DNA of 64,000 bases from Vitrella brassicaformis CCMP3155 (lineage: Eukaryota; Protista; Chromerida): assembly GCA_001179505.1 (NCBI GenBank), contig CDMY01000262.1, forward strand, positions 80,595 through 144,594, in the 5' to 3' direction. The translations under genes were made by a program, and so were the position numbers. Shown piece after piece: positions 1 to 11,931 of the stretch. Numbering within the stretch: the stretch's first letter is position 1; each line of letters begins with the position of its first letter. The notes under the pieces are model-generated. The model had not been told where the DNA came from. It did not search any database and saw nothing but the letters and a program-made list of their open reading frames with translations.

Positions 1-126
1 CACACCGCCCTGCGTCAGCGCACTCTGCAGGCTCAGGTAGGTGATGGCCACAAGGGACGATACCAACCTGAGAGAACCGACACGACACAACACAACATAC
101 ACAGCATGAGATCCGCCCACTGCCTG

Positions 127-158
<32 letters not shown>

Positions 159-2603
159 TTTGTGTGTCTGACCTGCAGACGAGCATAGCCATGCTCATGC
201 CCTTCCCCCGCAGGCGCATTGGAAAGACCTCTGCCGGGATGATGTAGGCCATCGGACCAACACCCAGCGAGAACGACGAAACGAAGCCCATGAACGCTGC
301 CACCTTCAGATAAGGGGCGTGGGCGAAGAACCACGCAGCTACGGCGAATGTGTAGAGGCAGGCACTCATCATCAGACAGCTGATCAGCAGCAGGGGGCGC
401 CTGCGAGCAAACCATTAACAGTCGGGGCGTCTGTCTGCCTTGGTCTCTGACCTGCCCATTTTGTCCACGAGGTATGCGGCGACGACAACGAAAGAGACCT
501 TGACGATGCCGATGAGGATGGTGCCGATGAACACCTCCTGCTGGGTCGACAGGCCCACCTGCATCAGGATGATGTCGCTGTAGTAGGTCGCCGCCTCCAC
601 GCCCGTGATCTGGGACAGCAGAGCCACACCAAGACCTGTTCAACACCAGACACACACATGGAAAGAGGTCAAGTCAAGGGAGGGCTCCTTCCATTTCGTA
701 TGTACCTGTGAAGACCATTCTTCGCGCCTTTCCGTCTTGTGGGCACAAGACGTCAAGCCATGAAGCCCCCTGCTGGCTCTCCTGCTTTTGCGCCTCATGG
801 ATCTCATTCATGGCCTGAGGCAGGACGAGACACACACGCACAGGACGAGAATGGACTTCTGCCTCTGCTGCACGTAGCTGATCACGTCCTTCCCCCACCC
901 ATTCACCTTATTGATCTCTGATGCGCGCGTGACTTGCATGAGGACGGCGGCAGCCTCCTCATCACGGCCGCGTGACATCAACCAGCGTGGCGGCTCGGGA
1001 AGACCAGACACACCTGCACAAAACACAAAACACAAAACGCAGCCGTGCGCACGGCCATGGATGGCGACATTCGTCTGCGTTGTTCTTCTTGTTCTGCATG
1101 TACCTAATAAAATGACGACAGGAGGGATCAGCCCCATTCCAATCATGAAGCGCCAGTTGACGGTCGGCGGCAGGTCCACATACACGTAGTTCATGACGTA
1201 GCCCAACACGATGCCCACGTTGATGGAGATCTCACACATGGTCGTCAGGCCGCCCCTCAGCTGCGCGGGGCTTATCTCCGCGGCATACAGGGGTGTGATG
1301 ACCAGACCCGCACCCACACCCAGCCCCGTGATCATTCTCCCGAGCAACAAGTACTCGAACGTCGGCGTAAAGGTCATGAGAAGCCCGCCAGCGATGAAGG
1401 TGAGCGAGGTGTACATGACGCAGGCGCGACGGCCGTAGGAATCAGCGATCTGCACGAAGAACACACAGACAGGAATGGGAATGAGGCGTGTTGTCTTTGT
1501 GTGGCATGCATGGGATTGACCGACTGACCGACCATTCCAGCCAAGATGACACCGCCAGTGGCCACCAAGTTCAGAATCCCTATCGTCACCTCCGTCATGA
1601 AATCACTCAGTCCGAAGGACGATTTGACAAAGACAATAGCCCCCGCCATGACGCCGATGTCATAGCCCAAGAGTGCAGACGTCAAACAAACGAACCCAAC
1701 GCAAAGCACCACGAAACACGCAGGCGGCACCCGACACCTGCTCACAGACGGTGGCCCCTGATGGCCGCGGTGCTTGGGTGGCGACCTCCTCTTGGTGGCA
1801 TAGCCGTGTTCTCTGAGCTTTGTCCGCTCGCCGAGTGACGTTGACGATGTGTGTGTGGAGGTGGGGGACGCATCGGTGCTGATGGGGGGCGGGGGGAGGG
1901 GGGTGAGCGTGATGCTCGGAGGGGGCAGACAGATGTGGGGAACAGCAGATCTGGCAGACATGGATGGACACGAGAAGAGAAGTGTGCCGGGTAGCGGTTG
2001 ACGGTTGCTTGGTTGGGTCGCACGTACCCGTAAATGGTCGGTACAGGGCCATCTGTCGGCCTCGGTGTCAGCACTATCTCCCTGACGAAGCATACAGATG
2101 CAGGCAGGCCTCAAGTGTGCGCCATATGGAGCCTCTGTTTGCTGCGCACCGGAACTCGGCCTCGTGTGATGAGTGCGTGACGATACTGACGTTGGACTCG
2201 CGCCGCAGATAACGCGGAGAGGATCTCCGAGTGACGCCCCTGAACCAAACGGGCCAGACGCACACATCACACACTCAGAGCATCTCGCTCTCCGTCGTGC
2301 TCTTCACCTGGGCGTCAGGTCAAGGTCATCGTCTTCCTGAAGGCACTCGTGCAGCACCGTGAACCCATTGATGAGCGAAGGTGAACAGGGAGGCGACACA
2401 CTTGGCGAGATCTTCTGCAGATGTAGCAACGAAACGAGCACATGAAGATGAAGATGCCTGCAGTGGCTCGTGACGCGCACCTGTTTGTGATTCTCTGCCA
2501 CATCTTCCCATGAGGTTTCGGACACAAACCCGTCATCGGTGTTTTCCTCAGAAAGTGGCAAATATCGCTGCCCCGGCGCTCTGCCTCTTCCTTCAGCCCT
2601 CAT
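1..2603 (-). CDS. MFS sugar/polyol transporter (sugar porter family), multi-exon, 3' end runs off the window
   Basis: Spliced exons give LLGYDIGVMAGAI (TM1), DSYGRR, PLYAAEISPAQLRG, PEPPRW and LLSQITGVEAATYYS, all sugar-porter motifs. Start is uncertain: ATG at 2603, with ATG 2711 or 1961 as alternatives. Confidence 0.9.
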
Positions 2604-2642
2604 CTGGTCCTCCCCTCCTCCGCTTCCCCTTTCTGTGACCTT

Positions 2643-2673
2643 AGCTCGCAGAGATCTAAGCTCGCAGAGATCT
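2643..2673. repeat. 15-bp direct repeat AGCTCGCAGAGATCT x2 in the ~100 bp divergent spacer between the transporter and the sterol gene
   Basis: Read directly: ttAGCTCGCAGAGATCTaAGCTCGCAGAGATCTgc. Confidence 0.8.
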
Positions 2674-2709
2674 GCTGGCCTTTCGGTTGCCTCTGTGCTC
2701 TGATTCGTC

Positions 2710-4242
2710 ATGGCGAAGAGTGCCCTGGCGATAGGAGGGTGCGGTTTCCTCGGCCGCTGCCTCGTACCGATGCTCCGGGAATGGGGCTACCGCGTCGCTG
2801 TCATGGACCTGGCGCCCAACTGCTATGAAGCACACACGGTGGGGAGAAACGTTGCAAGCAAGAGAGAGATGGGCAGGTGTGGTGCATGTCGATCTGTGCT
2901 TTGCGCTGTGCAGGATGTGTCGTATGTGCACGGTGATCTGACGTCGGCTGCTGACCTCGACAGGGCGATGGGCGGCATCGATGTGGTCCTGCACGTGGCG
3001 TCGCCCAATCCGCAGAAGCTCGACAGGGCCCTCTTCCAAAAAGTCAATGTGGACGGCACTCAGGTGAGTGAGTGAGTCCAACAATACACACAGATAGACA
3101 TCTGGGCCAGGCCATCTGCATGACGAACGAGTGTGTCGTGTGGTCCAGGCCATCATCGCTGCCTGCGTCCGCAATGGCGTGCCGTGCCTCGTGTACACCA
3201 GCTCGGCCAGTGTGGTGTTCGGCACTACGGGCCTGGAGGGGGCGGACGAGTCCATCCCCTACCCTGCATACCAGCCAGACGACTACAGCCACTCCAAGAT
3301 GCGGGCAGAAAAGGTCAAGCAGGCAGGCACACACACGCACACTCTTTTTGTACATCGCTGTCATAGGGTTTGTGTGTGTGGTGGGGTGCATCCGTCAGAT
3401 GGTGCTGGATGCTCACAGCGTGGGCGGTCTGCACACGGTGGCGTTGCGGCCCCACGGCATCTTTGGCATCGACGACCCTGGCTGCATGGGCGGCTTCCTA
3501 GAGGCAGGCCGCAAAGGCAAACTCAAGACCATACTCGGCAATGGAGACAATGTCGTCGACTTCACGTAAACGAAGTCACACTCGCGCTGTGTGACAAGAC
3601 AATGTCGTCGACTTCCTTGCTGTGTGTATGCAGGTGTGTGGAGAATGTCGCTCATGGTCACGTGTTGGCTGCGGATGCGCTGCTCAAGGATGGCGGGGCG
3701 TCGAGGGTGGGCGGCAAGGCATACAATCTCACCAATGCCGAGCCCATTCGCTTCTGGAGCTTCGCTGCCAAGATATGCGGAGAGATGGGGTGCGTGAATG
3801 ACACACATCTGCAGCCAGTCACATGCATGTGCTGTTTGGGTGGTGTCAGGTTCGATGTGCCTCGTTACAAGATCCCCTACTGGCTTGCACTGGTGGCTGC
3901 CAACGTCTCCGAGGCACTCATCGGCGAAGACGCCCACCTTACAGTCAAAAAGTACACACAGACACCACCGCAACACCACACACACGACCGTGCCACATTC
4001 ACTTCCTCTCCTGTGCTGTGTGTGAGCAGGGTGCGTCTGGCCGGTCTGCCCCACTGGTACCGTTGTGATGCGGCACAGAGGGACTTCGGTTATGCGCCGA
4101 TTCTGTCGCTCGAGGACGGCCTCAAGAAGGCGTGCGCAGCCGCAAGGGAGGCGCAGGCACAGAAGGGCGAGACAGCCAAAGTGCCACCGAGAGCACCGCC
4201 ACCGAGTGAGGAGGCAACAAGAAAAGAGAGGAGGAAGGACAC
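2710..4242 (+). CDS. ERG26: Sterol-4-alpha-carboxylate 3-dehydrogenase (3beta-HSD/C4-decarboxylase, NSDHL/ERG26-like) domain; probably the N-terminal half of a fusion with CYP51
   Basis: Rossmann motif GGCGFLG, VLHVAS, YTSSASVVF, catalytic YSHSK, RPHGIFG, DFTCVENVAHGH, DFGYAP across about 7 GT-AG exons. Confidence 0.9.
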
Positions 4243-4335
4243 GTGAGCGGCGTCTGTTGCTTCGTGTATGGGGTGTCCGTCAGGCTGGCTGCGGTTTGGC
4301 GGTTTTGGTGTGTCGCTTCTCGGCCAGGTGGTCAG

Positions 4336-7117
4336 GCTGGTTGCCGCTGTGTCGCTCGTGTGCCGCCTGGGGGGCATCCCACTGTCCATCACGCTGCCCT
4401 TTGGCCTGGGGGCCGTGCTTGCCTGGTCATCTTGGTCACTTGCTGGGGTGATCCTCGGCACATCCCTGGCCGTCATGGCCATATCCATCGTCACAGGGTG
4501 AGCAAAGGAAGCCACAAGAGGTGCTGTTGGAGTGCGTATGCCCGGTTGTTTCCCCTCAGAGCGGACCCCATCCCCGAGATCAGTCCCTATCCGATTATCG
4601 GAGTGATTCCCGACTTCGCCAAGAGTCCCCTGGCAGTGCTCAAGAGGGCGTCGAGGGAGTACAGGGATGTGTTTCGGCTCAACCTGGGTGGCATGCGCAT
4701 CACATTCTTCACGGGCACCGACGGCCTGGACGTCTTCTTCAAGAGTAGAGACACACAACTCAGCCAAAAGGAGGTCTACAAGGTAACTAGACGAAGCGAG
4801 AACAGTGGCCATCGTGTGCATGAGGCTTCATGTGTGTGTTGTGTGTGGCCATCCATCCATCCCATCAGCTGACGGTGCCCGTGTTTGGCAAGGGTGTGGT
4901 GTACGACGCCGATCTGGATGTGCGTCTGGAGCAGTTCCACATGCTGACGACGGGGCTGTCTGAGCGACACATGAAGAGATACGTCGGATACATGGTCAAG
5001 GTATCCATCCACACCGAGGGATGGCACCATCACACACACACACAGCCTCATGTTGTGATGCGGCTGTCCGTGTGTGTCGGATATAGGAGTGTGAGATGTA
5101 CTTCAGCCGCTGGGGCGACTCGGGGGAGGTCGACATCGGCGAGGCGTTCGCGGAGCTCATCATACTCACCGTACACATACCAGCCACCACACATGGATGG
5201 AGGGAAGCATTATGTAGCGGCACGGCCTCTCGCTTTGTCTCCTTCTGCAGGCGAGTCGCTGTCTGATGGGTCGTGAGGTGCGCGAGCAGATGTTCGAGGA
5301 GGTGGCCAAGCTCTACCACGCTCTCGAGGAGGGCATCACGCACATCGGCTTCATCGCACCCTGGCTGCCCATACCCAAACACCTCAAGAGGGACAAGGCG
5401 CGCAGGCAACTCGTCGACCTCTACTCTAGGGTGGGCAAGCAATGCAGCCAGACAACACAATGAATGCGCTTGACCCGATGTGTGTGCAGGTGTTGCGGGC
5501 TCGGCGTGCAGCAATGGCTGAGAAGGATGCGTCGCTGTCGACCGAGACGCAGTCGACCACACAATCGCAGGAGGACAAGACAGACGATGAGGACCTGGAG
5601 CACGACGTCATTGAGGTGAGTGGGCAAGACAGACGGAGGGGATCACCTCACGGGCAGGCACTTTTGGTGGCGTGTGTATGTGTGCAGGTGTTGCTCAAGA
5701 GTCGTTACCGTGACGGCCGTGCCCTGACCGATGATGAGCTGTGCGGCATGCTGATTGTCCTCCTCTTCGCCGGGCAGCACACCTCATCTGTTACATCACT
5801 TTGGCTGGTCGGCCACACACACACACCCCCCCCCCCCANNNNNNNNNNNNNNNNNNNNNNNNNNNNNNNNNNNNNNNNNNNNNNNNNNNNNNNNNNNNNN
5901 NNNNNNNNNNNNNNNNNNNNNNNNNNNNNNNNNNNNNNNNNNNNNNNNNNNNNNNNNNNNNNNNNNNNNNNNNNNNNNNNNNNNNNNNNNNNNNNNNNNN
6001 NNNNNNNNNNNNNNNNNNNNNNNNNNNNNNNNNNNNNNNNNNNNNNNNNNNNNNNNNNNNNNNNNNNNNNNNNNNNNNNNNNNNNNNNNNNNNNNNNNNN
6101 NNNNNNNNNNNNNNNNNNNNNNNNNNNNNNNNNNNNNNCCCCCCCCCCCCAACACACACACAGATATCGATGTGTGGTCATAGCTCTTGCTGTCCCTGTC
6201 TGGCTGGGTGTGTGTCAGAGCGTGAACCTGTTGTCAAATGCGTCTCGTGTGATGCCCAGCCTGGTGAAGGAGCAGGAAAGTGCCGGGCCGGTTGACTTCG
6301 ACATGATCAGCAAATCGCTCCCAAAACTCACGGCAGCCATCATCGGTAACCACAGACACACACATGCACGCGCATTGGCTCGCTCTCACCCCCACGAACG
6401 CCCCTATGTGTGTGTCGTTCGACCAGAGAGTCTGCGTATGTACCCGCCGCTGTTCTTTCTGTTCCGCTACGTCAAGGAGCCTCTGGTGTTCAAGGGCCGG
6501 GTCATCCCCACCAACAGCACGGTGGCCATGTCGCCAGCCGAGACGGGCAGGAACCCCGACATATTCGACCAGCCCGACTTCTACCAACCTGCACGATGGC
6601 TCACGGTGCGCACACTCAGACAGGCAGGAAGGGCAAGGGACCTCATCCTTGTCTGTCTGTGTGTGTGTGTGTTCAGAATGACTGGGACGAGTGGCGCAAG
6701 GTGTCCAAGTATGTGTCGTTCGGCTCTGGCGGCCACACGTGCATGGGGCGGCGGTTCGCACTCCTCCAGATCCGCACCATCTTCTCTCTGCTCATGAGGA
6801 ACTTCGTACTCGAGCAAGCGTATGCACACCCACACACGCCCGACCAGGACAAAAGACACAGCAACCACCATCCTCCCTCTCTCTCTGTCTGTGTCGTGTT
6901 GTCGCCTTGCCGTTGCTGTGCCAGTTCGCCGGTGCCAGCAGTGGACGAGACGGCCATGGTGGCCGGCCCCAAGACGCCCTTCCGCGTTAAGTACAGGAAG
7001 ATCCACACCGGGACGGCAGCACTCATGGGCATCGACGGACAGTGCGGCGACCTCATGGACGCGTGGGGATTCGACGAGAAGAGCCAGAAGGTCGCTGATG
7101 CGATGCGGGCGTTTTGA
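4336..7117 (+). CDS. CYP51: Sterol 14-alpha-demethylase (CYP51) with preceding hydrophobic anchor; probably the C-terminal half of the fusion
   Basis: [21 protein letters not shown]-helix [11 protein letters not shown]-helix ESLRMYPP, heme motif [10 protein letters not shown] (Cys at 6740-6742), stop at 7115-7117. Confidence 0.95.
5839..6138. other. Assembly gap (300 N) inside a CYP51 intron
   Basis: Both flanks end in poly-C/(CA)n runs; coding exons on both sides join sensibly. Confidence 0.95.
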
Positions 7118-8102
7118 CTGAGAGATCTCTCGTGCTGCATCCGGGTTCTTGTGTTGTCTTGTGTGTATGTGAGAAATGCAGTCGAGCGTGTGAGAGTGCT
7201 AGCGGGGGAGAAAGGCTGCTGATCCATTCATCTGCGGCCGACATTTTTGTCGAGTGAGTGAGGGGCTCTCTGCTGAGCTGTTGAGGGCGGCTGCACGTTT
7301 GCATAACACGCCCCATTTTGCATTGTTTTCGTTGCTGCTGTGTAGTTTTGCGCACGATAGATATGTTGAAGTGTTGGTTGTCTTGGTCGGGGTGTCATCA
7401 GATGCGACGTCGCGTCGGCCCCGGGCCTTTGTGGAAGAAGGTCGGTCGGGGGCCGTGTGCGGTGCGTTTTGTGACACACCGACCGAGGCCGACGAATGCC
7501 TACTCGCCTGTCTGTATGCGAGCTCGAGTTGTGTGCGCAGTGAGGCTGGTTATGTTTCAGTGAGACGGAGCTCTGTGCTAGTGCCTTGGTGTGCTGCCAT
7601 TCTTGAAAAGAGGTGACATTCATGGTCAGTCCTCCCTCAGCAGTGAGGGGGGCAGCACGGAGGCAGGCCACAGGTGTGCAGGGAGCGATGGGATGGGATG
7701 TACGTCTCACGTCAATGCATAACACTTCTATAAGATTGACGATTCTTGATCTGTTTATCGACACTGCCACACACACGTCGCTAGCCCTGACTAGCTCCCT
7801 TCCTCCCTCCCTCCCTCCCTCCCTCCCCACATACTTACACCCCTGCTCACGGTCCTAAAGTACACACACGGCACGAACGCCTTAAACCACAACGTCACTG
7901 CATGACGAGTAGGGCCTAGGACCTTAGACAACAAAGTAGGTGAGCGTATCAACTCACTCACGTGCACCAGCGCACCAACCAACCCACTGACTGCACTCAC
8001 TGTCTGCCCACATCACATCACCACACCACACATCGCTGCTGGGAACGACTCATTGCGCAACACTGTCCAGCCAAACGGGGCTGCGGGCGAGAGGGAGGCC
8101 CG

Positions 8103-11100
8103 TCAGGAGAACTCCACCTCCACCAGGTAACGGAGGCAGATCTGCGCCACATCCTGATGATCCACACACACACACACACACACGAGGGGGAGCGCACACA
8201 CACACAAAGAATTCTCCTTGCCACCCATCCATCCATCGCTCGCTCGCTCCTCACGTAGACGATAAACTCATTGTAGTTGAGGGATCTGTACGATTTCGTT
8301 GACTCGATGGCATTGGCGGCGGGCACCCTCACGCCACTGGGCAGCGTCACCGTCTTGGCGGGGTCGGGGAACATGCGACCCATCCCCTTGGTGCTCAGCT
8401 TGCCCTCGGGCAGCTTCTTGAGCGACAGCGAACAGTCGCCAGAATTCAGCTCGTTCATCTTGCCAAGGGCCACCTCAGCCAGCAGAAGCAGACCTGGACA
8501 CGTTCGCACACAGACAACACCGCGAAGAGAGAGACAGCCAGGGATGTGTGTGTGTGTGTGTTGGTTGGTTGCGAGGGCGTGTGTTGACTGACCGATGTTT
8601 TCGTTGCCGCGTCTGTGTCCCCCCCACGAGTAGACATTGCAGTACTGTGCCGACTTGCTGACCATGTCGGCGAAGTACACGCCCTTGCCGAACATGTAAC
8701 CCGTAGAGGGAGCTGCACACACATACCCAACGACCCGTTGAAGAGCACTTTCTGTGCATGTCAGTCAGTACTGACCTTCTGGTGGAGCGATTCGCAAGCC
8801 CTAGGATGAGACAAAGACAGGTGCACGAAAGGCGCCCCTCATCAGTCAGCACATTCATTCATCACGTGTGTACTGTATATGATGCATGCGCACCTGTGAG
8901 AGGATTCCCACATAGTTGGTCAGGCGGCTCCCGTGCCACAGCAGCAGCCTGACGTGAATGCACACACCAACAGACAAGCGAGAGGGCATCCGTTGATCAG
9001 ACGCATAATGGTGGGTAGATTCCTGACCTGTTGTCGTTGTCTTTGTGTTTAGAGAATCGTTGTTCCTCCCCCTCCCTGTGGATCTCATAGACATTCTTGG
9101 TCTTGAGCTTCCAGTACGAGTGGGTCTTGCCGTGAGTCCTGGACACGTAACTCGCGATCAACTGACCGACAACAGGAAAGGAATGGAACGGAATATTTGA
9201 CCAGACAGACGTGCCTGTCGGTGTGTGTCGTGCGTGGGGTCACTGACTTTGTACATGTCCTCTGTGGACTTGAGAGGCCTGATGTCGCACCGCAGGCTCC
9301 TGCAGACAAGACAAGACAAGAAAGACACCGTCACCGGTAACGCAGCTGCCTTGGGGCCAGTGTGCATGTGCCTACCTGTATTTCGCATCTGCTGGGTGCT
9401 CACTGACGTCAGACCGCTCCTTGAGCAGCTTGGTGGCGATCTCTGCGACGGATATCAGCACATGACAGGCGCGTGTGCACGTGTATGTGGGCCCTTCCAG
9501 TGGTCCGTTGACCGACCTATGTCTGCGAGTGCTTCGAGCATCCTCAGCTTCTCCCTCACTTTGCTTGGGCTATCCAGGATGTAACTGGCCAAATTGCGCA
9601 TCCTGAAACACGTCCAGCCAGCAACATCAGGCAGGTAGTATGTGTGTGCAGTGGGCGTGTGCATTGGATGCCGACCCGAAGTCGTGCGGGATGATGGTGT
9701 AGAATTGGGAAGACAGATCCATCAGCTGCTCCCTGCAGCAGGGAGAACACGCAGACCGTATTGCCGGGGTGTGTGTGTGTGTGTGTGTGTGTGCGTCTGT
9801 GGTACCTGTTACCGCCCTGGTTGAGCGCATCATCGATCTGTTTGAGTACTTCATAGGCACGTTGGATCATCCCTTTCGATATCTTCCCTAGGGGCAGCTT
9901 CTTGCTATCATACCCTATCAGACGCTGTCAGACAGAAAGAGGAAAGAAACACCTGCCTGCCGAATGAATATGGACCAGCGTGGCCACGTGCAGGTGTACA
10001 TGTCCCTACCATAGAGTCGTCCATCATCTTCATGTCGGATATCCGCTCCACCAGCGCCAGCACCTTCGCATGCAGCTTGCTTTTGGCCTTGTGCGGCTGA
10101 TCGATCGGCAAACACACACAGAACAGATGAAAGGAATGGATGTACTGGACTGCGACGGCTAAGCTTTGGCGTACGTCCTTGGCAGGTTTGGGTTTGTATG
10201 AAGGGTCTCTGAGCCTCTTGCTGATCTTCTGCTCCTCTTCCTCGGTCGACGACGAGTAGTCCATCTCGATCAAGGTATACTGGTTGGTATGACACGCACG
10301 CCAACATGTGGCGAGTGAGTGATGGGTCGTTGGTGTGCCTGCCTGCCTGCCTGCATACCCTGTCGGTGGCCGGCTGGAAGTCCTTGACCGTCTCAGCGCC
10401 GCTGCCCTTCCTGCACACCACCCAGACAGCCACACTTGTAGGCTTCCTTCGGACAAACAGTACCATGCGTTTTTGGTCTTGTCCCTGAATTTCCTCCGGA
10501 ACGCACTCTTGGCAGCGCCCTGCAGACAAAGGGATCGTTGACAAACACGACACAGACATGCACGGCTGCCTCCTCTGCTGAGCATCCGTACGATGTCTTG
10601 AAAATGGTCGCAGTGGCTGTTGCCGCTGTAGCCGACGCGGCCCCAGCGATTCCAACACACATAGTCATTTGGGTTGGTGTCGTGCTCCAACAACTGCACA
10701 CACACCACAAACCACAAACCACACAGCAGGACATGAACCACTATGTTCTATATCGCATGTTTTGTTTGAGTGCCTGCCTGTATGATGTAGTATTTGTTGT
10801 TGTTGGAGCCCAGCTTGGCCAGGTTGAGGTTGGCGTCCCACAGCTCGTCCTCATTCTGGTACACCTGGCAAGCAAAGCAACACACGAACCCACAAGACAC
10901 ACACAGACCGCCTCATTCACCGCTGGGGCGGGCTCTTGTCGGTACGTGATAGCTGTCCTTCTCGCTGAAGTAGCGATCGACCTGAACTCCAAGGAAGATG
11001 CAACGAAGCCACTTATCGGTCTGTCCATATTGACACAAGAGACTAATGCCCACTCACTCACCATAGCGATTCCCTTGGCGACACCCTCGACCATCTTCTT

Positions 11101-11413
11101 GTCATCGTCGTCGGATCTCTTCCGAGGCCGACCCGCCCGCCTTTTCTTCTGAAGCACGCACGCCACAGACCCATCCACACACCACAAACCCACACAATCG
11201 ATGAAGGACCTGCACCGACGGATCTTTCTATTTGCTTGCCTGCGTCCCGCTGTCACCATCAGCCGTGGCAACGGCGACCTTGGCATCGGTGGCTGCTGCA
11301 CACAAACACACACAGACAAGCAGACAAGGAGGATAGTGTTTGCACACCGCCCACGACACAGACATCTCGTTTTCAAATCCCACCTTGTGTAGAGTTTCCA
11401 TCTCCGTCGCCAT
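8103..11413 (-). CDS. PARP: Poly(ADP-ribose) polymerase, PARP2/3-like (WGR + regulatory + catalytic domains)
   Basis: WGR domain (NNNKYYIIQ, WNRWGRVG), regulatory domain (KLPLGKISK), catalytic H-Y-E triad LLWHGSR / GKGVYFAD / YNEFIVY, C-terminus LRYLVEVEFS*. Start approximate. Confidence 0.92.
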
Positions 11414-11931
11414 CTGCAGCCGGCAACAGCAGCAGGGGAGGTGTGGGAGGCCGCAGAGGCAGACGCTTTGTGAAATGCAGCCGTGGTTGAAGGGCTGGCG
11501 CGAGAGAAGGAAGGAACGCAGAGTCTGCCCGTCGGCGAGATGCGACCAATGAAACAGCAGGCGCGACAAGCAATCCAACAAGCAGTACCAACATGAAAAC
11601 ACCGATGAATCAAACTGCTGGTTCCTTCAGTCAGACCGAACCCTGGACTCCAGACCCTAACCCTGCATTGGGCGAAGGTCAGGGTCTGTGTGCCAGTGGG
11701 CGTGATGGGGGCAGGAAACGATTGCTGATATACACCTCTCATGCAAGTCAGCTAACAATCGATAGGCCGTCCATCCATCCATCCATCTAGCCATGTGTCC
11801 AGCTGTCTGCGTGAGAGATCTCAGCCAGCACCTCCAACACATCAGCCTGCACACCATCAAACACACACACACAGACCAACATGCCTGGCACTGCCGGATG
11901 TTCTCCCCCGGGCTCACCTGTGTGGTCGTCT

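Noticed and set aside
2709-2712. Overlapping divergent start codons (CATG) of the transporter and ERG26
   Set aside because: This leaves no room for promoters or UTRs; the in-frame ATG at 2603 is more plausible.
4243-4872. 209-aa ORF as the genuine CYP51 N-terminus
   Set aside because: It starts at a non-ATG codon inside the donor site and its first ~100 codons lack an anchor; the hydrophobic exon is in another frame and splices in correctly.
5442-6797. Long ORFs spanning the N gaps (also at 23525-24480 and 35436-36201)
   Set aside because: They are artefacts of translating Ns as X.
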